Part shown: piece after piece, positions 6,881 through 14,864 of the stretch
How the letters are laid out: each line of letters begins with the position of its first letter
Numbering within the stretch: the first letter of the stretch is position 1
DNA from: an uncultured Lachnospiraceae bacterium
GTDB taxonomy: Bacteria; Bacillota; Clostridia; Lachnospirales; Lachnospiraceae
Assembly: GCA_910585215.1 (NCBI GenBank)
Contig: CAJUDQ010000008.1
Location: 14,663-78,662, forward strand
Reading direction: 5' to 3'
Length of the DNA stretch: 64,000 bases
The notes under the pieces: model-generated
The model's input: only the letters and a program-made list of their open reading frames with translations
Told to the model about the DNA's origin: nothing
Databases searched by the model: none
Translations under genes and position numbers: made by a program

Positions 6881-9706
6881 TTATTTTATTTCACTCTTGA
6901 GCAAACCAACATCATGGTTATTATTTTTCGGCTTTATTCTATCAAGAACCTTCTTTTCCACTACCTGCGTCCAATAAATCTTTAATTTCTTTCTTGCTCG
7001 TGTAATAGCAGTGTAAAATATACTATGAGTTATCAATTCGTCAATCTCATCCGTTATAATAATTTTTACAGAATCATATTCTAGGCCTTGCGCTTTGTGA
7101 ATTGATACAGCATATGCAATTTGAAATGGAACAATTGCCTTTGAAACACTATCATCATCTTCATCTGTACTTCTATTTTTATTTACTTCAAACCGGATAA
7201 TTGAATTGCCATTTTCAGCATTTCCAATAATCTCAAAATCATAGTCATCTTCATTTAAATCAATAAGCGGTCTATCAATTTCTATATCAAATTGAATACG
7301 TTCTGTTGGTTTGTCTGCATCAATAATGGTAAAGTCTACAATTCGAGCCTTCATGTTATTATGAATTATCGGTACTTGATCTTTATGTTGACTAAAAAAT
7401 TTATCAGCAGAATCATTAAATAGAATTGGATCACCAACCTTATATCGTTGTATGCCTCTCCATATCTCTTTGCTATTATTGTTTTCTTGCATAAAATGAT
7501 TAATGTTATTAATTCCGTATAGTCCACCATAATTCAAGCAAAGAATTATTTCATTTTCCTCTGCAGAAGTAAAAATAGATGGATCAAGGTTAGCAGAGAA
7601 TTCGCCCCCTTGTAATCTGTCAAGTACATCATCTTCCATTTTTCGCACATTGTCCCACAATGCCAGTAATTGCTTGCTGTTACTTCTATAAGGTTTTGTT
7701 AATTCACAAACAGCTGTTTTCGGCAAAAAATTACGAACAGCATCAAACCAATTACCAAATTCAATAGCCTCTATTTGGTATGTATCTCCAACCAAAATAA
7801 GAAGCTTAAATTTTGCTTGTTCAAGCAGTTCTTTCATATTTTGATTACTTACAGTGCTACACTCATCAATCACAAGGATATCATAATCTTGTTTTAAATC
7901 CTTTGTATTTATAAACTTAGTAATTGTCATAAATTCGCAATTTGATGATGCAACAACTTTTCGCTTAAGATTATTCACTGCAGGATTAGTGTGAGCCAAA
8001 TAGAGTCTGGAATAATTTTTAAAAAGATGCGCAATATGATTTATAAGAGTTGTTTTACCTGTTCCTGCAGATCCGTATATAACAGAAACTTGTGACTTAG
8101 TAAACATATTTATCAATGCCACCTTTTTTTCATCAGAATCAATTTGGTAATCTGTATTTTGAAGCCAATGGTTTACCATATTAGAATAGTTTTTTACACC
8201 ACTAACCGCCAAACTTTTTATTCTTTGAATAATTGCAACTGTATCGTCTTTATAACCCTCCATAAAAATATGATTATTCTTTATTAGTAACTTTCGAGCT
8301 TGCTGTTTTTTATTGGTATGTAACTTACCATTATATATATTAACAAGAGTATCTATGTCATCAAAAAAACCTAATTTGTAATGTCCGTTTTTATTTTTTT
8401 CCAATGGAGTAAAGAGTATTCCCTTTTGTTCTGTATTATTCCTAATAGTCCATGCCAAAAGTTCATATTCATGTCCATTTACATCAAGACAATCAAATAA
8501 ATCTGACAGGCTTGGAACATGTCCTTTTAAAGCAGAACAGAAGGGCATTGTGTCAAAGGGAATACATTTATTAGATAAATACAGATTTGATAGCAAATTA
8601 TTCCTCCCTATATACTTGCTTCTTTGCTCATAATAATCCCATTTCCATTGTTCTTCATATTGATCTTTAATAATTCTGTTCGTCATATGGTAAAGCAAAT
8701 AACAAAGAACATTACTGCTGGGTGCTCCTTCACTAATGATTGCACGACATTTATCAAGTATATGCCAAAAATGTCTTGTATCTGTCTTGGGTACTATACA
8801 CTCATGTACTTCTTGATAATGTGTGTCTGAAAACATAATAATTTCTGATAAATTTAATCCTGTTTCAGTTAAATATTTAGCAAGATTTCGCTGTTCCGCA
8901 TTACCTGGGGTAAATCCATTTCCATCGAACAATTTTGCCAAATTCTTAAACTCACATGGTCGTATGCTTACCTCCCAATCAACAATAATCCTAATCGGCA
9001 TTTGCTTGTCAAATAACTCAATATAATTATCGGCAAGAGCGAATTTAACCGCATAAAAGTCTGTAATTTCAATATCTGTAAAAGCAATAATGCGGTCTGT
9101 TTTACTTGCTCTATCATTTGCAGGAATAAAAGCAATCTCATAATATATTTTATCGCCAAAAAAGAATGGCTTAATTTTCTGAATGTAAAAACGATCAAAA
9201 CGAAAACCATTTTGAATAGGAGTTTTGTATTGATCTACCTTTTGAGCAATTTTCTCATAGTATTCTTTAAAACTATCATCTGCCTCTAACGGAAACTGTT
9301 CAAGATTGGAAAGTACATCCAACGAATATTCTTTATGCAAAAAATTTCTTATGCGGAAAAGATATTCATAATATTTAAACATCAATCGTTCAGAATTTTC
9401 TTCTTCTAAAGTACGATGAGAAACAGATACTTGCAAAAAATGATGAAAACGTGACAAATGACGCAAAAAACTCTCGTTTTTTACATATTTTACAGCTTTT
9501 TGAAGATTTTCATGTGAATCTTCTATATCATCACCGTTAGCATAGACTTTTAGCATAATATGTTCCACAAAATGTCGAAGTTGAGAAAGAATGTCTTGTG
9601 AAATCTGTCCTCTTGGTAAATTTCCCATATTGCTTATATGACGGCATATAACTTTATCTGTATTTAAAATTTGTTCATCTATTTGTAAATTAGTCTTTGT
9701 AACCAT
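6881..9706 (-). CDS. Large protein: unknown ~520-aa N-terminal region fused to a RecD/Dda-like SF1 helicase (AAA_30 plus UvrD_C_2 type)
   Basis: 941 aa. Walker A: VIYGSAGTGKTTLINH. Other motifs: LAHTNPAVNNLKRK; Walker B-like VIDECSTVS; LILVGDTYQIEAIEFGNWF; KPYRS; C-terminal AYAVSIHKAQGLEYDSVKIII ... FYTAITRARKKLKIYW. Confidence 0.8.
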   Translation of the reverse strand: MVTKTNLQIDEQILNTDKVICRHISNMGNLPRGQISQDILSQLRHFVEHIMLKVYANGDDIEDSHENLQKAVKYVKNESFLRHLSRFHHFLQVSVSHRTLEEENSERLMFKYYEYLFRIRNFLHKEYSLDVLSNLEQFPLEADDSFKEYYEKIAQKVDQYKTPIQNGFRFDRFYIQKIKPFFFGDKIYYEIAFIPANDRASKTDRIIAFTDIEITDFYAVKFALADNYIELFDKQMPIRIIVDWEVSIRPCEFKNLAKLFDGNGFTPGNAEQRNLAKYLTETGLNLSEIIMFSDTHYQEVHECIVPKTDTRHFWHILDKCRAIISEGAPSSNVLCYLLYHMTNRIIKDQYEEQWKWDYYEQRSKYIGRNNLLSNLYLSNKCIPFDTMPFCSALKGHVPSLSDLFDCLDVNGHEYELLAWTIRNNTEQKGILFTPLEKNKNGHYKLGFFDDIDTLVNIYNGKLHTNKKQQARKLLIKNNHIFMEGYKDDTVAIIQRIKSLAVSGVKNYSNMVNHWLQNTDYQIDSDEKKVALINMFTKSQVSVIYGSAGTGKTTLINHIAHLFKNYSRLYLAHTNPAVNNLKRKVVASSNCEFMTITKFINTKDLKQDYDILVIDECSTVSNQNMKELLEQAKFKLLILVGDTYQIEAIEFGNWFDAVRNFLPKTAVCELTKPYRSNSKQLLALWDNVRKMEDDVLDRLQGGEFSANLDPSIFTSAEENEIILCLNYGGLYGINNINHFMQENNNSKEIWRGIQRYKVGDPILFNDSADKFFSQHKDQVPIIHNNMKARIVDFTIIDADKPTERIQFDIEIDRPLIDLNEDDYDFEIIGNAENGNSIIRFEVNKNRSTDEDDDSVSKAIVPFQIAYAVSIHKAQGLEYDSVKIIITDEIDELITHSIFYTAITRARKKLKIYWTQVVEKKVLDRIKPKNNNHDVGLLKSEIK

Positions 9707-9779
9707 ATTGTCCTCTAATCTGTATTTCTAAACACAAAACTTCTTTGTACATATATTTCTTATCCTTAACTATAATTGA

Positions 9780-10247
9780 GAATCATCTACTTTCTTTTTG
9801 AACTATATTTCTCACTTTTCATCTTAATTCCATTTTCATCTTTCACCACATTACTCCACCGTCTTTTTTCTTTCTGAACAACCTCAAAAAGTTGCTTTGA
9901 TATTATAGCAGAATTGCTACCTGATGCCAAATAATGAGCTTCACTTTTCCTGTTGGCGAGAAAATTTTTCGTTTTTCAAGTTCTTTGATAATACCTATAA
10001 CGCTTTGTCCATCAAGATACAAATTAAATATCAACTTAACATTTTTAGCTTTTTCTTTATCAATTGATAAATGAATACCATTATTATATTTATAGCCATA
10101 GCACTTTCTATTATAAAGTTTTGAAGTTCCCTGTACTGTATGTTGCTTAATGCCCCATTTAATATTTTCGCTTCTGAACTCATTTTCAGCTTGTGCAATG
10201 GATTCCATTATAGCCACTATCAAATCATTCAAAGCCTTTTCACACAC
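9780..10247 (-). pseudogene. Large serine recombinase remnant lacking the catalytic N-terminus, with frame breaks
   Basis: 114-aa ORF: ...IAQAENEFRSENIKWGIKQHTVQGTSKLYNRKCYGYKYNNGIHLSIDKEKAKNVKLIFNLYLDGQSVIGIIKELEKRKIFSPTGK, a Recombinase-domain pattern. A second piece in another frame (about 9780-9900) reads ISKQLFEVVQKEKRRWSNVVKDENGIKMKSEKYSSKRK*. Confidence 0.7.
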
Positions 10248-10385
10248 CTACTTTTTCACCATGACATCAACGCGATACACTCAACATGAGTACAAAATTA
10301 GAACATATTCCCACAAAATCGCGGAAATATAGGCAATATTTATACAGTAGTAATACCGTTCGTGCAACCCATTTCCCAAAAATCC
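10229..10385 (-). repeat. Module-head repeat, truncated copy: promoter region plus the first ~10 codons of the small gene, joined to the recombinase fragment
   Basis: 10289-10385 aligns with 14063-14160 (aacatattcccacAaaatcGcgGaaatat... against aacatattcccacGaaatcAcgAaaatat...). 10229-10287 aligns with 2787-2846. Confidence 0.7.
10339..10367 (-). promoter_or_regulatory. Sigma70-like promoter in the truncated module head (TTGCAC-17-TATAAA)
   Basis: Minus strand reads TTGCACgaacggtattactactgTATAAA. It sits at the position equivalent to the promoter at 14113-14141 and points toward the recombinase remnant and the helicase gene. Confidence 0.4.
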
Positions 10386-10412
10386 TTTATCTATTGTTGA
10401 AAAACCATTTTT

Positions 10413-11117
10413 TTATAACACATCTTTTTTCTCGTATACTTTTTTACATCGATTTAAAATTGTCGACACCAAAAATTGATTATCAGTACTTATCAAATGA
10501 TATTTTTTGTTTACTCTCGGAGTAAAAATAGCCCTCATGATTCCATTTTGATCTGTTTTAATTTGTCCTTTTAAGCCTGTTACATTATCTTTTTGTATAT
10601 AAAATCTAATTTTCACCCCATGCACAGAAACCTTTTTATATAAATTCAACAATTTTTCATCTGTTGTTGATTCACACAATAATGTACAATGTTTTTTTAA
10701 ATGTTCAATTCTATCGGTTTGTTTTTTATAGTCTTTTTCATATAAAAAATCTAAATCTTTTCCAATAACGTACAATTCTACCGCATCGTCACCAAAACTA
10801 TCATATATATTTTTTATTTCCCCGTGAGTATACTCTACTTTATTAGTCAACTTAGATTGTAAGAACAAAATAATACCCAACAGTAAGTTGGCAAATATAA
10901 TATATAAAATTCCGAATTTGGCATTAAGATAAAAGGGAATCATAGACAAATTATTTTCTTGTTCTAAACTTGACAAACTAACAAAGCAAGGTATATTTAT
11001 CCATAAAATTATAATAAAACAAATTGTAAAAAATAAACTCTTTGTCAACTCATTTTTCCATACAATGTTAAACACTAACATCAAAATTAGAATTAGCACA
11101 ATAATAGATATGTTCAT
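10413..11117 (-). CDS. Membrane protein: 3 predicted N-terminal TM helices plus a ~130-aa soluble C-terminal domain of unknown function
   Basis: 234 aa. Hydrophobic segments: NISIIVLILILMLVFNIVW, SLFFTICFIIILWINIPCFVSL and FGILYIIFANLLLGIILFLQS. It is the last gene of the kinase/rSAM/UDG-like operon, 80 nt after the UDG-like gene. Confidence 0.6.
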   Translation of the reverse strand: MNISIIVLILILMLVFNIVWKNELTKSLFFTICFIIILWINIPCFVSLSSLEQENNLSMIPFYLNAKFGILYIIFANLLLGIILFLQSKLTNKVEYTHGEIKNIYDSFGDDAVELYVIGKDLDFLYEKDYKKQTDRIEHLKKHCTLLCESTTDEKLLNLYKKVSVHGVKIRFYIQKDNVTGLKGQIKTDQNGIMRAIFTPRVNKKYHLISTDNQFLVSTILNRCKKVYEKKDVL

Positions 11118-11197
11118 TCACTTCCCCATCCTTCCTTATCCATAAAGTATATTTTAATTGCGCAAACTATTTTGCTAACTTATTAAAATCATAACAT

Positions 11198-11746
11198 CTA
11201 TAATAGCTGTCTAATTATCTTTTCTACCCCCTCAATGTAATCCTGCATATTTTTTCTTTTATAAACATGAATATATGAGGGATGGTGTATAGGAACATAA
11301 TAGATTCCTTCAATTTTTTCATAATGATATTCAAAACCATTCCATTTTTCAAATCCAATTTTCTTTTTTTTCGCAACTGCTGAATATACCTTTTCTCCCA
11401 ATAAAAAAATAATTTTAGGAGACATTGTATGTATTTCACTTAACAAATGTTCAAAACAACAATCAATTTCACTTTTATCAGGATAACGAAGCTTTTGCTG
11501 CTCTGTTAAAGGTAAGCATTTAACTAAATTAGTTTTATATGCAATTACTTCTTCACACTTTTTTTCAATTTTGTGGATTATCATGCCCGTATTCGTTTCT
11601 GGCGATAATGGTAATTCAGTATCAGATATCACTTTTTTAGCTGATAAACCAACCCAAAAAATTTGACATTCCTTTTCTACATCTAGTAATGGCTTTTGGT
11701 TAAAGCATAAGCCACATTTTTGACACTTTCGTATTTGTTCGATCAT
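11198..11746 (-). CDS. Uracil-DNA glycosylase superfamily protein, family-4-like with a divergent active-site loop
   Basis: 182 aa. N-terminal CQKCGLC. TNLVKCLP matches the TN.VKCRPP motif and HHPSYI matches the HPS motif. The family-4 GE(A/G)PG loop position reads WVGLSAKK. The start overlaps the radical SAM stop (shared nt 11746). Confidence 0.7.
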   Translation of the reverse strand: MIEQIRKCQKCGLCFNQKPLLDVEKECQIFWVGLSAKKVISDTELPLSPETNTGMIIHKIEKKCEEVIAYKTNLVKCLPLTEQQKLRYPDKSEIDCCFEHLLSEIHTMSPKIIFLLGEKVYSAVAKKKKIGFEKWNGFEYHYEKIEGIYYVPIHHPSYIHVYKRKNMQDYIEGVEKIIRQLL

Positions 11747-13080
11747 TATCCTTCTCCTGTTAACCTTTGTGTTTTTAGTATATATTCATTCAATACTTCG
11801 TCAGATTCCATACTATAATTTCCAAAATCAAAATTAAACTGAGACCTTCCTTTAAACTGACTTATTGTATCATTAAACTGGCAATTCTGAATTATACCCG
11901 TATCTTGCATAATCTCATTATATAGTTGTGTACCATCATAAGGTCTGAACTGAAACACACTTGTTCTAAATGTTCCGTCTGTTCTTAGTGAAAATTCCTT
12001 TAATTCCTTTGCCAATTCAAATGTCTTTTGAAAGTCCTCCTTTGTTTCTTTAGGAAATCCATATATAAAATAACCCTTTAAATCAATTCCATTTCGCAAA
12101 ATTTCTTGAGAAACTTTTATAATATCATTATAATCTCCCAATTTGTTTATTCTATTTCTTACTGATTTCGAACCAGATTCGATACCAATAAACAATTCTT
12201 TACATCCTCCAACTCGAAGCTCTTTTATTTTTTCAATTGCGTTTACTAATGATAATACATGTACCATTCCTCTCCAACTCAACTGTGTAAATTGAGAAAA
12301 GATATGATTCGCCATATCTATACTCCTACTACTGCGTAAAAACAAATCATCCAAAATGCGAACACTTTGTATATCTGGATATGTAGATAAAATTTCATGA
12401 ATTTCTTTTATAACACTCTCTTCTGTACGAATCCTAATCGTCACGTCTTTATTTAAGCTCCTAGCCCCACCGCAAAATGCACAATCAAACATACACCCTC
12501 TTGATGTAATAATTGCAATTTCTTTCTCCCCATAATGATTTATGACTATTTCATTTCCCAGGTATTTTCGATTCAAAAAAATGTTTGATATATCCTCGGG
12601 AAAATATATGGAATTTCTATTTACCCTATAAACAAATTTCGAATCCATTTGTTCTTCTGGCTTTTGACTGCAATTTTCTGAAACAATTTGGGGAATAATA
12701 AATTCACCTTCACCAATAATAATATTTAATGTATTGGAAACATTCCAATTTAAAATTTTATAATAAATACTTTTAACAGCCTGTCCCCCTATAAAACACT
12801 TACAGTTTACATGAATGCTTTCAACAATATTTTTAACCAACTCATAATTTTGTGTAAAAATATTAATACCTACAAAATCAGGTTTAGTTTTATTTATATA
12901 GGAAATTATATTTGGCACAGATTTTCTTTCTTTTACACAATCTATAATTTCAACATCTATATCATTAATCCTTTCCAAATATGTTGCTATATACCCCAGA
13001 CCCAATGGAGATAAATATTGTTCATTTTCATTTGTGGAATCCCAAAAAATAGGAGAATTAATTAGTACAAACTTTTTCAT
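11746..13080 (-). CDS. B12-binding-domain (class B) radical SAM enzyme
   Basis: The ORF runs 11746-13092. I prefer ATG 13080 (MKKFVLINSP...) with GGAGGG 5 nt upstream; it forms an ATGA overlap with the kinase stop. The N-terminal Rossmann-like region matches the B12-binding-domain pattern (LGLGYIATYL...DFVGINIF...IGG). The radical SAM cluster motif is ITSRGCMFDCAFCGG (CX3CX2C). Confidence 0.85.
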   Translation of the reverse strand: MKKFVLINSPIFWDSTNENEQYLSPLGLGYIATYLERINDIDVEIIDCVKERKSVPNIISYINKTKPDFVGINIFTQNYELVKNIVESIHVNCKCFIGGQAVKSIYYKILNWNVSNTLNIIIGEGEFIIPQIVSENCSQKPEEQMDSKFVYRVNRNSIYFPEDISNIFLNRKYLGNEIVINHYGEKEIAIITSRGCMFDCAFCGGARSLNKDVTIRIRTEESVIKEIHEILSTYPDIQSVRILDDLFLRSSRSIDMANHIFSQFTQLSWRGMVHVLSLVNAIEKIKELRVGGCKELFIGIESGSKSVRNRINKLGDYNDIIKVSQEILRNGIDLKGYFIYGFPKETKEDFQKTFELAKELKEFSLRTDGTFRTSVFQFRPYDGTQLYNEIMQDTGIIQNCQFNDTISQFKGRSQFNFDFGNYSMESDEVLNEYILKTQRLTGEG

Positions 13081-13694
13081 TTCGCCCTCCATTTTTTTAT
13101 AATGTAAGAAACAATCTCTTCAACATTGTTTTTCAAATCAGCATTATTATTAATGCATAAAACATCTACATTTCTTTTCTCTAATTCTAAAATCCCTTTA
13201 TCCATATAAAAAAGTTCATTATATGATTGGTTTCCCTTTTCAAATCTTGTTAATACTTTTCTTTCTGACAGCCTTTTTTGTAATACATTCTCATCCGCAA
13301 ACACAGCCACCTGTAAATCAGGTTTTATAATCTTTGAATTTAACTCCAAAAGAAAACCACTATTAACACAATCCATTTGCTGCAAAATCAAAGATGATAA
13401 AATATATCTATCTGTAATAACAATTTTTCCCTTTTTCAATTCGGGCAGAATCTCATTTTCTATATGCTCATACCTATCTGCTGCAACCAAACAAGCTAAA
13501 CTTATCCCCGAATGATTTTCAGCGAATTTTCTTACAAAAGAACCACATTCCGTATTAGTTGGTTCTTTTGTCGTATATGTAGCATATCCTCTAAATTCTA
13601 GTCTTGTTTTAACTGACTCTATAAGTGTCGATTTACCAACACCATTTGGTCCATCAACAGAAACCAAAAAGCCATTTGTACTAATTTTTAACAT
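13077..13694 (-). CDS. Thymidylate-kinase-like P-loop nucleotide kinase
   Basis: 205 aa. Walker A: VSVDGPNGVGKSTLIE. TKEPTNTECG matches the REPGGT region and DRYILSSLILQQ matches DRY..SS.AYQ. LID-like LQKRLSERK. Confidence 0.8.
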   Translation of the reverse strand: MLKISTNGFLVSVDGPNGVGKSTLIESVKTRLEFRGYATYTTKEPTNTECGSFVRKFAENHSGISLACLVAADRYEHIENEILPELKKGKIVITDRYILSSLILQQMDCVNSGFLLELNSKIIKPDLQVAVFADENVLQKRLSERKVLTRFEKGNQSYNELFYMDKGILELEKRNVDVLCINNNADLKNNVEEIVSYIIKKWRAK

Positions 13695-13720
13695 ATTTTT
13701 ATATCAACCTCCCTGCAATA

Positions 13721-14044
13721 TTAAATAATCCCAAAATGCTTCAACGCATCCTTTATCGTTTCCGCTGTCGGATGTTTCCTCGGCCGTTTCAATTCCTCTA
13801 CCGCATTAGGAGCATCATAAATCGGCAATCCTGACTCCCTCTTGACCTCTGCGATATATGTGGTATGTACTTTGAAGCCATATTTCGCTTCTATGTACTC
13901 CTTAATCATTTTGTAAGTAACACACTCTTTCGGCTTGTATGCTTCAGCTCTCTTGGCGATATTATCAAGCGGCACTTTGCCCTCACCCTCGCCAAACTCG
14001 ACTTTTACGTTGATTACGCTGTCGGGTTTTTTGTGGGAAAGCAT
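13721..14044 (-). CDS. Small conserved module-head protein (107-112 aa), function unknown; intact copy
   Basis: ORF 13721-14059 starts at GTG; ATG 14044 (MLSHKKPDSV...) is more likely. Sequence: ...VTYKMIKEYIEAKYGFKVHTTYIAEVKRESGLPIYDAPNAVEELKRPRKHPTAETIKDALKHFGII. A degenerate paralog lies at 16776-17097. Confidence 0.55.
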   Translation of the reverse strand: MLSHKKPDSVINVKVEFGEGEGKVPLDNIAKRAEAYKPKECVTYKMIKEYIEAKYGFKVHTTYIAEVKRESGLPIYDAPNAVEELKRPRKHPTAETIKDALKHFGII

Positions 14045-14165
14045 TACAATCGTCTCCACATGAATACCAAATCAAAACATATTCCCACGAAATCACGAAA
14101 ATATGAGAAACATTTTTACAATACTAAGACTGTTCATACAATCCCTTTCTCACAAATACATACTC
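14030..14165 (-). repeat. Module-head repeat, full copy (5' UTR and promoter region of the small gene)
   Basis: Homologous to 10229-10385 and, in degenerate form, to 17083-17130. Confidence 0.7.
14113..14141 (-). promoter_or_regulatory. Sigma70-like promoter of the small gene and kinase/rSAM operon (TTGTAT-17-TAAAAA)
   Basis: Minus strand reads TTGTATgaacagtcttagtattgTAAAAAtg. It is conserved in position with 10339-10367. Confidence 0.4.
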
Positions 14166-14381
14166 ATATAAATTTTGCACCACCTTAATATAATATTTTA
14201 ATTAAATTTTCATATTTACAATTGATGATAACTTATCTTGTAATTTTTCTGAAATATAACTAGAAGATCTATATTCACTTTCCTATTACCTTGTTTAAAA
14301 CAAAATAACAACTCAAATATAAAAAACCTATCTACTTTTGATAGCTACCTATGCTGCGTTAAAACATGCTGATAAATAACC

Positions 14382-14861
14382 TTATTTTTCTTTCTGTATA
14401 AGATCAGAAAATCTATCTGACATTTCTCTTCCCACGGCTTCTAATTCAAATTTAATTTCTTTATTAAATTCTTTGAACTCTGGAAGCAATTCTAAGTCTT
14501 TTAATCTATATTTGCTTGCTTTCCTTCCAAAAGAGAAACGCCAAGTATGTATAAGGTTAAATAGTGATGCATAATATAACAACTCCTCATAAGACATCTT
14601 GTTTCTTGGAATCAAAATAGTAACCGAATCTCCACCATTACCTTTAGGTAAAAATTTACCATTTTGCACAGTTGCATAACCAAGTCCTGATATACAAATG
14701 GCAGGCCCCTCAAAAACTTTATCTTCATTAAATGGATCTACATAACGTGCAACACCGTTATTTAATGTTGTACTTGTTATAAATGGTATTTCCCCAAAAT
14801 CATAATCTTCAACACCAGAAGATTTTGCAACACTTATATTAAACAACTGAGATATTTTCAT
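14382..14861 (-). CDS. Restriction-modification specificity subunit with a single target-recognition domain (half-size HsdS/BcgIB-like)
   Basis: 159 aa. Starts 3 nt after the methyltransferase stop. MKISQLFNISVAKSSG...IPFITSTTLNNGVARYV...ATVQNGKF resembles one Methylase_S TRD. Confidence 0.6.
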   Translation of the reverse strand: MKISQLFNISVAKSSGVEDYDFGEIPFITSTTLNNGVARYVDPFNEDKVFEGPAICISGLGYATVQNGKFLPKGNGGDSVTILIPRNKMSYEELLYYASLFNLIHTWRFSFGRKASKYRLKDLELLPEFKEFNKEIKFELEAVGREMSDRFSDLIQKEK

Positions 14862-14864
14862 ACT

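Noticed and set aside
10413-10830. C-terminal domain of the 3-TM protein as a PLD/HKD nuclease or phospholipase
   Set aside because: The layout (…HGVKIRFY…GLKGQIKTD…) is vaguely PLD-like, but no HxK(x)4D motif is present. I cannot support this from sequence alone.
11746-13080. Radical SAM gene as a prokaryotic viperin
   Set aside because: It has an N-terminal B12-binding-type domain and the size of a class-B rSAM enzyme. Viperins lack this domain and are about 300 aa. Only the kinase pairing is reminiscent.
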